This document shows positions 1 through 11,535 of a stretch of 64,000 bases of DNA, in pieces. Numbering within the stretch: the first letter of the stretch is position 1; each line of letters opens with the position of its first letter. Location: the NCBI RefSeq assembly GCF_006345805.1, contig NC_042998.1, forward strand, positions 1,364,001 to 1,428,000. The letters are read 5' to 3'. This DNA comes from Octopus sinensis (Eukaryota). The position numbers and the translations under genes were made by a program. The notes under the pieces are model-generated. The model searched no databases, was not told the origin of the DNA, and was given only the letters and a program-made list of their open reading frames with translations.

Positions 1-315
1 ATGAGATTTTTAAGACTGAAACGCACTCTTTTATCACTTATACACACTCTTGGTGTTTATTACCAAATTTCCTGCAATTATATCTAGCTAATTAACCAAC
101 TTGATAACACTTTCCCATAGAAATTCCCTAATAACGTGTACATATGCAGAAAAATGCATATAGGTCAATCATATATTCAGCGTTATGTGGCATGTTCATT
201 ATAATGTCTTATGAATATAGAATATATTTATAACTAGTATGCTTATACACGTGTATATATGCATACATCTATACAGAGACACACACGTGTGTATATATAT
301 ATATATTATATATAT

Positions 316-361
<46 letters not shown>

Positions 362-378
362 ATATATATATGTGTGTG

Positions 379-410
<32 letters not shown>

Positions 411-847
411 TACATATATACATATATACATATATACATATATACATACATATATATATATGTGTGTGTGTGTGTATGTATATATATATATATATATAAT
501 GCCTGTGCACGTCTATATATGTACATACATGGGTGTGCGTGTATGTGTGTGCCTGTTTTATCATAGTTTTCACTCATTCGCATCATCAAATTTAATATAT
601 TCTTAAATACAGGCTTCAAACCGTCGTCTGTCGCCTACCGATACATATATTTATTACATGACATACAAACTTGTTTATATATTCTCTTCTATACATATGC
701 ATTCATTACATGTATAAGTTTCGTTTATACATGGCTGCAGGGATGTGACAACGATGAAACTAAATGCCTTATATCACTAGTCCAAACTCTGATTTGTGTT
801 TTGCTGGCATCCTTCCGGATCCGCTAACATTATCTGTTGGCTCAATA

Positions 848-1065
848 AGCAGCGAGCTGTTCAGGATCGATACCATACCCGACAAAATTATTGGCGGTGT
901 TTCTTCCGGCTTTAACTTCTGGGTTCAAATTCCGCCAAGGTTGACTTCCTTTCGAAGTCGATAAAATAAGAACAAGTACCAGTCAAATATTGGAGTCGAT
1001 GTAATCGATTAGCACCCTCACCCAAAATTTCAGGCCTTGTGTCTGTAGAAGAAAAAAGAAAAAGA
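848..1065 (+). mobile_element. Degenerate tRNA-derived SINE (family B, same as 12910-13339)
   Basis: gcagcgagctg head, ggttcaaattcc B-box, gtcgataaaataag..taccagtc..gtcgatgtaatcga body, aaaatttcaggccttgtg tail. Confidence 0.7.
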
Positions 1066-1244
1066 AAAAAGAAACACTTTACACACAATGAGTTAATTCT
1101 TCAATGTTACGTCGAATTGTTAACACCTGAGTCAAGGATAACCTGCCTAGAAGAAAAAAATATCTTTTTTCTTCGAATTTGTTTAACAGTGTATAAACAT
1201 AACGATATTTACTGAGTCTCATATACTCTTTCCATGAAGTACAC

Positions 1245-1425
1245 ATTCCCCACTTGGATGGGACGCTAGTCCGTCGCAGAATCACTCATTTTTGCCAGCT
1301 GAAGGGACTGGAGCAAACGTGAAATGAAGTGTTTTGCTCAAAAACATAACGCGTGCCCAGTCCAGGAATCGAAACCATAATCTTGCGATCACTAGTCCAA
1401 CACCCTAACCACTAAGCCACATGCC
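1245..1425 (-). mobile_element. tRNA-derived SINE (family C) with V-domain-like 3' motif
   Basis: Reverse strand: A-box TGGCTTAGTGG, B-box GGTTTCGATTCC, then gagcaaaacact and ctgcgacggactagcgtcccatccaag; homologous to 7644-7880. Confidence 0.7.
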
Positions 1426-1559
1426 TAGGGTCGCTTTAAAATGAGCTTGTAGTATTATAGCTTAGTAGCAGCAGGAGAAAAAATTTCCGCAATAGTTACT
1501 AATAATACTTATTACAGGGAAAAATACGAGTAAGAAAAACAATATTCTTAAGACACACA

Positions 1560-1612
1560 AGGCGGTGCCCCAGCAAGGCCGCAGTTAATTAAATGACTGA
1601 AACAAGTAAAAA
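1560..1612 (+). mobile_element. SINE family A 3' tail only
   Basis: ggcggtgccccagcaaggccgcagtt..atgactgaaacaagtaaaa matches the tail of the full copies at 19597 and 59282. Confidence 0.7.
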
Positions 1613-1652
1613 TATACATGAATGTGTGTGTGTGTGTGTGTGTGTTATTTTC

Positions 1653-1950
1653 TCGCACAATGCCTTCCAAACTGCTGCCAATATCAACAGACCATGGGGA
1701 GAGGAATCCCCAAGTAATCGCATAGCATGATGGTGGTTTTAAAAATTCTGTAGTGGTGATGAGACCCTTGAAGATGAAGAGGGTAGAGGATGGTCATGCA
1801 GTCTTGACAATGAACAGTGGAAACCAATTGTTGAACAAAACCCACATGAAAGTGTCAGAGAAATGTTTCAGGTACTTGGTGTCGGTATTGCAACGGTTTC
1901 ATGCAATCTGCAGAAGATTGGTAAGGTGAAAAAGCCTGATAAATGGGGAC
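1653..1950 (+). pseudogene. Mariner transposase N-terminal HTH fragment (Hsmar1/SETMAR-like), disabled
   Basis: Manual translation HNAFQTAANINR..WWF*KFCSGDETLEDEEGRG..LDNEQWKPIVEQNPHESVREMFQVLGVGIATVSCNLQKIGKVKKPDKW parallels the mariner HTH region (WFKKFCKGDESLEDEERSGRP..KQIGKVKKLDKW). Confidence 0.85.
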
Positions 1951-2205
1951 TGCGTTGACTAGAATCAGTATTACAGCCAACGATTCTAGTCAACGCATAA
2001 GACAGCCATTATGCCCCCCCCCCACAAAAAAAACACCACGTGAACTCTGTTGAGACTAGTAAGAAACAATTATGAACTTTTTTTTATTACACTTAACTTT
2101 TTAAAAATATCTTTGATAAGGTTCGTTTTTTCAAGAAGAACCGAAACTTGTAAAATCTCTCAGAAAATTAAAATTTATCTTATAGAGTAACGTTTCCAAA
2201 CTTCT

Positions 2206-2275
<70 letters not shown>

Positions 2276-2877
2276 TGTATGTATGTATGTATGTATGTAT
2301 GTATGTATGTATGTATGTATGTCAGCTATTAGCGATAGTACCAGTGTGTTTGCAAAGAATAATGTTTGATACATCCAACATAAACTGGATGTGATATTTA
2401 GATCACCTTAAACTGTTCTTTAAGCACGTGTTATCGAAATGAGATGGTATCTCTGGGCGTATACAGCAGTTTAAAGTGATCAAGACAACACATCCAATTG
2501 AGGTTGGATGCGTTGATTATCATTCGTTACAAAAGCTTTTACTATCGGTAATATATAATTTATTCATAATCTGCCGGCTTTTTGCGACACCAGTGGTTGT
2601 ATGGGTCATTATTATGTTACATCGATATGACTGATTTTCGTTCTGGCATTCAGTGCGAAGTTGACTATCCCAGAGGATTTGCAACAGACGGTGAAATTAC
2701 GTGATATGGTAGTGCCATCCACCGGTGCAGACAATCATATCAGCGGACGAAATGATTGCATTGAGATTGATATAATCGACTTGCCCCTCCCACGAAATTA
2801 CTGGCCTTACGCCTTTAATAAAAAGGATTATTATTATTATTATTATTATTGTTATCATTATTATTACTATTATTATT

Positions 2878-2965
2878 TTATGTTTGACTTTTGCTTTCCA
2901 TTTGTACAAGTTGGCTCCAAGTTTCACCCAGAGACCTCAAGAGACAAGTTGGAAGTTCATGTTGT
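2878..2965 (-). mobile_element. Isolated 3' UTR tip of an R4/Dong-like element
   Basis: Near-identical to 43014-43105 (tatgtttgacttttgctt..ggctccaagt.tcacccagagacctcaagagacaa..gttggaagttcatgttgt); abuts (TTA)n at 2828-2879. Confidence 0.8.
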
Positions 2966-3030
2966 GGAACACGATGTTGTCTTCAAGCCCATCAGATCCT
3001 GTCAACCATCCAACACATGCTAGCATCGAA

Positions 3031-3126
<96 letters not shown>

Positions 3127-3135
3127 TATTATTAT

Positions 3136-4118
3136 TGAGTGAGAGAGCAGCGCTTGCCATCAAAGTGACACTGGGATACAAACATACGAAGCCCAATATA
3201 CCCATCATGACTACCCGTATGACAAGGGTACACCAGGCACAAGCATCACAACCATATGTGCACGACATGGTGATCTCGTATCAAGATAAAATGCGTATGA
3301 CTTTGCAGGGTGGGGCCCAGTTAGAATTATTTCAGGTCGAGTTACCCAGCCCGCTCAAAAGGTCCCTGAATAAGGTTTGTTGAACGAAACATCCATGTTC
3401 CCAGAGGTGAATTATTCAAACCTCAGAGAATTCCTCTCAGCACATGGCTATGATGCTCCCCTACTAATTCTGTTCGTGATCAGAGATGCACATATTGTCA
3501 GCCACGAAGGGACATCCTCAACTGGTTAAGGTTAAACAACTGACTATCATTATTATCATTATTGAATGAGCGAGCAGTGTATGCCACCAAAGTGACACTG
3601 GGGTACCAACATACGAAGCCCAATACACCCCTCATGACTACCCGTCTGATAAGGGTACACTAGACGCATGTGTCACAACCATATGTGCGTGACATGGTGG
3701 TCTTATATCAAGATTAACAGCGCATGGCCTTGCAGAAGGGGCACAGTTAGAATTTTCTTCAGGTCGAGTTGCCCATCCCGCTCAAAAGGTCCCTGAATAA
3801 GTGTTGTTTAAGGATGTTGAACGAAACACCCATGTTTCCAGAGGTGAATTATCCAAACTCCAAAGAATTCTTCCCAACATATGACTATGATATTCCCCCA
3901 CTACTTCTGCACAGGATTAAAGATGCACGTATTTTCAGCCACTAAGGGACATGCTCAATTGGTTAAAGTCAACCAACTGACAGACAAATCTATGGTATTG
4001 AGCAGAATATTTGCTATAGCTCATCTTTTATACCAAGACAAAACAATGTACATGATAACACGTCCAATCAGTTAAGATCAGAAGCCATGAGAGCCACTGC
4101 CTGGTACTGCGTCAGGGC
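3136..4118. repeat. Two tandem copies of an unclassified interspersed repeat between (TTA)n tracts
   Basis: 3136-3545 and 3562-3985 align (gagcag..gcca.caaagtgacactggg..gctcaaaaggtccctgaataag..gggacat.ctcaa.tggttaa.gt.aa); second copy extends to tcagggca at ~4118. Confidence 0.75.
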
Positions 4119-4137
4119 ATTATTATTATTATTATTA

Positions 4138-4223
<86 letters not shown>

Positions 4224-4965
4224 TTCATCGAATTATTTTTACCGCAGCCTTTCATTGCTTAATTCGTCAATATTCCGAGCGTGTGCAATTCTTTCCCAAA
4301 GTGAGTGTTGTTTTTTTTTTATTATTTTTGATCGTTACGTTGATAATATTCAACAAGAGATGTTCGTTCGTTTTCATTCCAACACAGTTTTCATTATGCG
4401 CTATAGTTTCCGTTCTGTATCCATCATTCAAATTAATTTCTTTAGTAATTTCTCTTCTCTGTCTACATAGCTTAATCTGCAGGGAATTGCTACATCAATT
4501 GAAATATCAATTGATATATCTGCTATGTTTTCGGAAATAACACAGTAATACCAACAAAGTTGATATAATATGCAAACCAAACAGCTCACTCTGTCATGTC
4601 ATCGTTTATTTCTTTCTTAGCAAAGACCAGTTAACCAGAAATAATTGTTTTTCATTGAGGCAGAAGACTGGCAGTTTTCTGTGGCGGAATTTAATCGATA
4701 CCATCAACTACAGTATTTGACTGGTACTTCTATCGGCCCCGTAGGGATGGAAGTCTAAGTTGACCTTCGTTAGATTTGAACTCAGAACACAGAATCAAAA
4801 TGAGTATAACAAGAATCTTTTTTTTCCGACACTCAAATTATTTTTTCCAATCCAGAGTTCCTAAACCAATCCGGGAATGGGAAAGGGTTTTCTTTTTGAA
4901 ATGTTCCTCATATTATAAGGTCTACATTATACGATTGTATTATACAGTTGCGCTGTAAAGGTTTC

Positions 4966-5390
4966 GGATCTTTTCGGTTTGAACGGCAGTTTTTTAAAAT
5001 AATTTCCACTTAACTAAACACTTTTAAACTTCGTATACTGGTAGAATGTGTTTATAAAACATCTTTTTCTCTTGGCTTTATTGAGAAAATTCTATAGTTT
5101 GTAAGATATTTGTTGTTGTTTTTTCTTCAATTTCTGCAATTTCAACCAATCAATGACGTCTATTGAGGTGAAAACATCCTTGCCGTATGAATATGTCCCT
5201 CGTTTAAGAAACAGATTGGGTTTATTTACATTTCTGAAGAAAAAAAGATACCCCCCCACCCCTAACCCTAACCCTAACCCTAACCCTAAAACAGATTGAA
5301 ATGCAATAGATCGATACTAGGGTCATAATTATGGGTGACAATTCCATATGACACCGCTAGAAAAAACTGCCGGTCAAACCGAAACGATCC
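4966..5390. mobile_element. MITE with 30-bp TIRs and 8-bp TSD (Merlin-like or hAT/MULE), carrying (CCCTAA)5
   Basis: TIRs 4966-4995 and 5361-5390 match 28/30 and start GGATC; TSD AAGGTTTC at 4958-4965 and 5391-5398. Confidence 0.85.
5260..5289. repeat. Interstitial telomere-type repeat (CCCTAA)5 inside the MITE
   Basis: Five perfect hexamers read directly. Confidence 0.9.
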
Positions 5391-6177
5391 AAGGTTTCTG
5401 GTGACATGCTCAGACCTGTTATCAATAAGTAAAAGCCAATCTTGAGATGTGCGTTGATCTGGCTTCTCTCTTGTTTTCACGGCTATTGGTTCTCTGCAGA
5501 GTAAACATTCCATGCTATTTTCTTGAAAAACCGCCTTTGCATTTTGTTTCTTTATTACTTTCATACGTGATATGTGTGTGTGTGTGTGTGTTTGTGTAGC
5601 TTGAGTAATATTTTTCGTACCTCTCTTTCTTCCTCACAGCGTATATCTTCTCTTTTGTACTAATTGGCCTCTCTGTAGATGATTCTTAGTTTGTTTCTTT
5701 CTTTGTATTTTTTTTATAAACATTTGGGTTAATTTGCCCTTAATACGTATTTGGCAGATTTTAAACATTTTTCGTCGTTATTCTATAAAACGTCCCTTGT
5801 CCCTTTTGTTTTCCTTATAAATATCGCAGGGTTTTATGTTTCGTGCTGTTACACACTACATATTCTCGAATCTTCACTCTATTCTTATTTTATCTCTTAT
5901 TTTCCAAATGAGTGAATTCTAATTGTGGCTTTTCAGAATAAATAGAGTAAAGTAATTTTTCTTCTCGGGTATACGTTAACATTAATGTATTTACAGTAAT
6001 CTAATCCTGACATTTTTCTTCATATGGAAATTTGAAACAAGTGATATACTTTCAAGATTAGAAAAGCAGTTTTAGTATACCTGATCAGTTTTGGGTCCGG
6101 AATAGAATTTTCTGGGTTTTTTTTGGTTTTTTTTTTACATTTCTTTTTACAACAGAGCATTTTTATTGTTATTATTA

Positions 6178-6676
6178 GCCGCAGGCTGTGTGGTAAGAAG
6201 TCTCCTTCTCAACCAGATGCTTCCCGGTTCAGTCCCACCGCCTGGCACCTTGGGCAAGTGTCTTCTACTATAGCCACAGGCCGACCAAAACCTTGTGAGT
6301 GGACTTGGTAGGCGGAAACTGAAAGAAGCACATGTGTGTGTGTGTGTATGTGTGTGTGGCTCTGTGTGTGTGGCTCTAAGCGTGTGTGTGTGTGTGGCTG
6401 TGTGTGTGTATGTGTGTCTGTGCGCGCGCGTGTTTGTGTGAGAGAGTGTGTGTGTGTGTGTGTGTCTGTGTAAGTGGCTGTTCCCCCCCCACCTCGCTTG
6501 AAAACCGGTGTTGTAAATTAGAGGTTTGGCAAAAAAGAGACCGATAAAATAAACACGAGGCTTAAAAAAAATTATATGTATTGGGGTTGATTCACTTGGC
6601 TAAATTCTTCAAACTGGTGCCCCAGAATAGTCGCAATCAAATGACTGAAAGAAGTAAACGATAAACGATAAGAGAT
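6178..6676 (+). mobile_element. tRNA-derived SINE family A (CORE-like body, internal microsatellite)
   Basis: ggctgtgtggtaag A-box, ggttcagtccc B-box, gcaccttgggcaagtgtcttctactatagc CORE-like motif, (TG)n, tail tggtgccccag..aaatgactgaaa. Confidence 0.8.
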
Positions 6677-6944
6677 AACCCTATGTCCTAAGATACTTTA
6701 TATATTCCATTTTAAACATATTCCGTTTCTTGTAGTTTTAAAAAGTTTATCGCCATTAACATTTTGTCTATATTTTCTTTATCAAGGTTTTCATGATATC
6801 AAACTTTCGTATCTGATATCATTTGTTCGTTTTAAAATGATATCAAATATATCTATATATAAGCTAGCTTTCTCATAGCTTATTCGTCTCTACACATTAT
6901 TAATATGTACATCGTATCCATCCATCTCTGCCCATTATTCTTGT

Positions 6945-7615
6945 GAGTGTCGTGAGGGTAGAATGCTCAGGCACCTCCTCCATGAGGTTCCATTACAAAA
7001 TAAACGTCATTGGATTTTTCGACTGGATTCCCCAGCGTCACAAATTGAGACTGGATATTATCCAACTAGTCATTCTTGGTATATCCTTAAGTTTCCCATC
7101 GGTTAGTTCGGCTTGAAGATTCGTCTTCCGATTCTTTTCTGCGACATTCTAATCACACGTCCGCAGTACCGGAGATGTGACTTCTCAATACGGAGAAGTA
7201 GTAACTCGATCTGGAGCGACTCACGGATCTCCGAGCTATGCACCCTGTCGAGCAACATTACTGTAGAGATCCTTCGAAGGAACAACATTTCAGCTGCTTG
7301 TATTCGCGATCCTACTATTTTATTCATTACCTCACATTAATGACCATGGATGGGGAAAGGCACGAAAATCGAATTGAAGATAGAGAGTTCAGCTTTCTTA
7401 CTAATATCTCTTCTGAAGATGGAAGACTAGAGCTGGTGCGTTAGTGTGCCTGCAATTCTAGCATCCAATTCGGCCTCCTGTACCCCATCATCTCCGAGAC
7501 CCTTAACCATATCCACTTGTCTCAGTGGTATTCCGTTAACATGCAAAATGCACTAAGAAGGCTTCCTTGAGAGGACCAATAACTCAGTCCTCGCTATATT
7601 AATTCTCATCCTTGT
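6945..7615 (-). pseudogene. RTE-clade LINE 3' fragment, Rex3/Expander-like
   Basis: MRINIARTELLVLSRKP..VNGIPLRQVD..ELDARIAG..KKAELSIFNSIFVP then GSRIQAAEMLFLRRIS..LDRVHSSEIRESLQIELLLLRIEKSHLRY; frameshifts and stops. Confidence 0.8.
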
Positions 7616-7643
7616 ATAATGGGATTGTACAAAGTCAATGTGT

Positions 7644-7880
7644 GGAGGCGCAATGGCCCAGTGGTTAGGGCTGCGAACTCGCGGTCGGAGGATCGCGGTT
7701 TCGATTCCCAGACCGGGCGTTGCGTGTGTTTATTGAGCGAAAACACCTAAAGCTCCACGAGGCTCTGGCAGGGGGTGGTAGCGACCTCTGTTGTACTCTT
7801 TCGCCCCAGCTTTCTCTCACTTTTTCTTCCTGTTTCTTGAGCAACGCTGCGATGGACTGGGGTCCCATCCAGCTGGGGGG
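7644..7880 (+). mobile_element. tRNA-derived SINE (family C) with V-domain-like 3' motif
   Basis: A-box TGGCCCAGTGG, B-box GGTTTCGATTCC, gagcgaaaacacct, gctgcgatggactggggtcccatccag. Confidence 0.75.
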
Positions 7881-9137
7881 GGGGGACCAGGCCTGGCTAG
7901 GCTTGAAAAGGGCGCATAAATGATTAAATAAACAATGTCAATGTAATCAATGTGAATGCAATCTTGGAATGAATTCTTCTGATAAACGCATTTTCTCTTT
8001 TTGTTTTAAAGCCCAGAAATTAAACTGACCGTATATTTATGATATTTTTCTCACCTAATGGTTTTGACAATATTGAAACTGTATTTTTGCAAGCACGAAA
8101 TCTTATTGCTATATAGATTTTATACCCTAAACTTCACGAAATGTTTTACAGCACCTCTGACAGTTTGTGACAGTAATCTTATGCTTAAGAGTGTTTTGTC
8201 TGGTTTTGTAAAACCCAGCTTCTCAAGATTGGCCTCGAGAGAATTAGTCATATAGCCTAATGCTCCAATAATCTTTGGTAGCAATTTAAAGTTATAGCAA
8301 AAATTTCGCATCAGTTCGGTATAGATGTTGTCTTTTCAGTATCTTTAACATTAAGTTAACATATGGGCAACTGACTTCAGCTACTGCACATAGTATACTT
8401 GCATCATGTATGAATGCATTTATGCATGTAAGTACGTATTTATCTATATATGTGTGCATGAGTGAGCATTGCAGCTCAAAGAATTAAGCATAACGCTTCG
8501 TATTCCGACACAATAACGTAGTTGAAATTGTGATTTTGAATTTATGTCATGCCTTCTTGACCAGATCTACGATTAAAGAGTCCGCTTTGTGACTATCATC
8601 TTTTTTCCTTAAGTTCTAAAGAATTTATAACTCCATTATACACCTTTTCCATCTTTTTCTTTTCAGACGTTAGAGTGTGAGTTGACGGTGCTTTTACTAA
8701 CTGTTTCTTGCAAATCGAGAGACGATGCAGAGGCTCTGAGGAGTGATCAATAGATCAGCAGAAGCGAAAACTATTTGATAATAATGAAAATATTGTCTTT
8801 TGCTAAAAGTTCTTATCATTCTTACTTGCCGTTATAATCATCGCTTTCAAAAATCATCATCATCACCATCATCATTATCATCAACACATCAACATAATAG
8901 ACTTATAGCCAATATACTTGTCTGTTTTCGGAGATTTTTGTGAACTATTATTATTTGGTCCATTGGCTAAGCATCATGTGAAGTGTTAAAAGGAAGGAAA
9001 ATGGTTTGTGAATGGAAACAATGTAGACATATTGACACGGTTCGTTGATTCTATCTGAAAACTGGTAGACTGGCAGCTACGATAAAATTGGAAAAAAATC
9101 AATGAAGTGTGTGTATATATACATATATATATATATA

Positions 9138-9168
<31 letters not shown>

Positions 9169-9180
9169 CAGATAGATAGA

Positions 9181-9254
9181 TATGTTTCTTTATTAGCCAC
9201 ACAGGGCTGCACACAGATAGAACAAATTACAAGGTAGAGCTTTTCTTTTGAAGG

Positions 9255-9291
<37 letters not shown>

Positions 9292-9355
9292 AAGGGGGAG
9301 GTTCGATCAAAAGGGATCGTAAAAGGAGAGAAAGAGGACAAAAATAAGGGGGGTT

Positions 9356-9386
<31 letters not shown>

Positions 9387-10648
9387 AGAGGAAAAAAAAT
9401 GATCAATAGGGATCGTTATCACAGAAATGTCAATATGAAGTGTAAAGGGGAGGACAGGTGAGGTTTACCCGTGGAAAGAAAAGCCTGCGGAAAAGACCAC
9501 GGTAACCTCGGTCAATGAAGTCACATTTTATATTTCTTTTTTTTTTTTTTTTTTTTTGCAAATAAGCAACTCTCTGTTTTCGATTTCTGGGTTCATAGGA
9601 CTATGCTCAAGGTGGCTTCGTCATTCATACGTGCCATTCTTGCTACATTCACCCATCTTTTTTTAAAACATTCGCTAGACAAAACTTGCCTCTCTACTCT
9701 CACTTTCCTTTTCAAGTGGTACTTGAAGAAGTTGATGAGAGATTGACCAGAGAGGAAAGTGTTTGTCTCCAATCCTTTCAGACGCGTCCACCAGATACAT
9801 TCTTTCGCCATAGCCACAAGGATGATGAAAATAGCTCTTCCTTCCCGTTTGAAGGAAGGAGGCGTGACAATATTGACGATAGACTCAGCTGATAAACCGA
9901 CTCGTCCCACACGTGACAGCAGTTGTTCGACATAAGCCCACAGGTCGGAAATTGTTGGACACTGAACGAGTGCGTGCAGAACGGTTTCGTCGCTCTGACC
10001 GCATCTCGGCAGGTCGGCCCCGTGTTTCTCGAGCCGTGTCTGTAGAGCTTATCCCGAACGGGTAGCGCTTCTCGGTAGCACTGCCAGGCCAGGGATCTCT
10101 GGAAGTTGTCCATGGGCCCTGGCCCGAAAGTCGTCCCGAACAGGCGGGTCAGGTACTCCTCGTCGACGTCCAGGTTCGCCCCGAGCTCGTCGTCGTACCT
10201 CCCCTCCACTAAACCCCTATAGAATGCTTTGGTTGTGTTGAAGTCACTTAAGGTCGACCCAGGACGGCAGAGTTGCTTGAGAGCAACGCGACACTCGCGG
10301 TGCCATTCGCCCTTCCTCGGCCTCTTTTTGATCCACGACTGCAGTTCGGTCATGGAGACGAGCTGCGGGAAAGCGTGCCTCACAAACGGCGACCACACCT
10401 GTTCACCGTCGTCTACATAGAGCCAGAGATGTCGCAGTCTCAGCGCGTGTCTGCGCATCATCAACCACGGCATGCCCAGCCCTCCTTTTAACGGGTGTTG
10501 ACAGCAAATGGATCGCCTGACCATCGGGACGCATCCTTTCCACAAGAAGCGAAAGAGGATGCGTTGTAGTTTGGTGATGGTAGGGTCGGGACAAGGTACG
10601 ACGGTCAGGCGGTAGTAGATGACGGACGCGATGTACGTGTTCGCCACC

Positions 10649-10650
<2 letters not shown>
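9181..10650 (-). mobile_element. 5'-truncated Tx1/L1-clade LINE (RT C-terminus plus zf-RVT and 3' UTR) inserted in (GATA)n
   Basis: ORF 9778-10650 with FRFLWKG..PLKGGLGMP..FQRSLAWQCYREALPVRDKLYRHG; frameshifted C-terminus 9593-9910; T-rich 3' UTR ending aataaagaaacatat(ctat)n; GATA repeats on both sides. Confidence 0.9.
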
Positions 10651-10686
<36 letters not shown>

Positions 10687-11049
10687 CGATAGATAGATAG
10701 ATATTTATATTATGTATGTATATATATTTACACACACATATACACACACATATACACACACATACACACACATATATACATATATAGATACAGATATAGA
10801 TGAGGGAAGTATACTTGTCATCTTTGTATGGTGTATCATAGATTCATTCTTAATGTTTATTTCTTTCACATGTTGGCTATAGTCAATCCCCATTTAATTT
10901 TTAATTACTTGTTTAGCATTAAGTGGATAATATTTAATTTGTTTAGACGGGTCAAGTTGTGCTTTTGGTAGCCCGCGTGTATATAATTTCTTCATGTATA
11001 CACACAGACACACACATTTCATGCAGTGTAATATATATGTATACTTGTA

Positions 11050-11054
11050 TAGAT

Positions 11055-11113
<59 letters not shown>

Positions 11114-11181
11114 GATAGATAGATAGATAGATAGATATTTATATTATGTATGTATATATATTTACACACACATATACACAC

Positions 11182-11269
<88 letters not shown>

Positions 11270-11270
11270 T
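11050..11270. repeat. (GATA)n microsatellite blocks
   Basis: Direct reading; interrupted by a ~60-bp motif also present at ~10690-10750. Confidence 0.95.
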
Positions 11271-11535
11271 GGTAGGTAGATCTTACTTAACATGAAAGTA
11301 TTATTAGAACGCTGAAGGCTGCGATATTCGTCTTCAAAGATATTCTCGCAAAGACCAGTGGGCGAGAGGCATTTGGCATGGACCCCGAAACTGTCAGATC
11401 ACGTGTCTTCAATGTAACTCTGCTCGCCGCATACAAGTCAAATTTCAATGCCGACGATATATAGAATAACAGTGACTGACAATCACTGATGTCGCAAATG
11501 GCCAGTAAGTTTATTGTATATATATATATATATAT

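Noticed and set aside
4060-4118. HDV-like ribozyme at the presumed 5' end of the unclassified repeat
   Set aside because: A P3/L3-like GGC-UCUCAUG-GCU is visible, but P1 with a G1 wobble and P4 could not be built.
5260-5289. Telomere or chromosome-fusion site
   Set aside because: Only five hexamers, and they lie inside a TIR/TSD-bounded MITE.
10650-10650. ATG of the 290-aa ORF as a true start
   Set aside because: It is the 5' truncation junction of a Tx1-like element against (CTAT)n, in mid-RT sequence.
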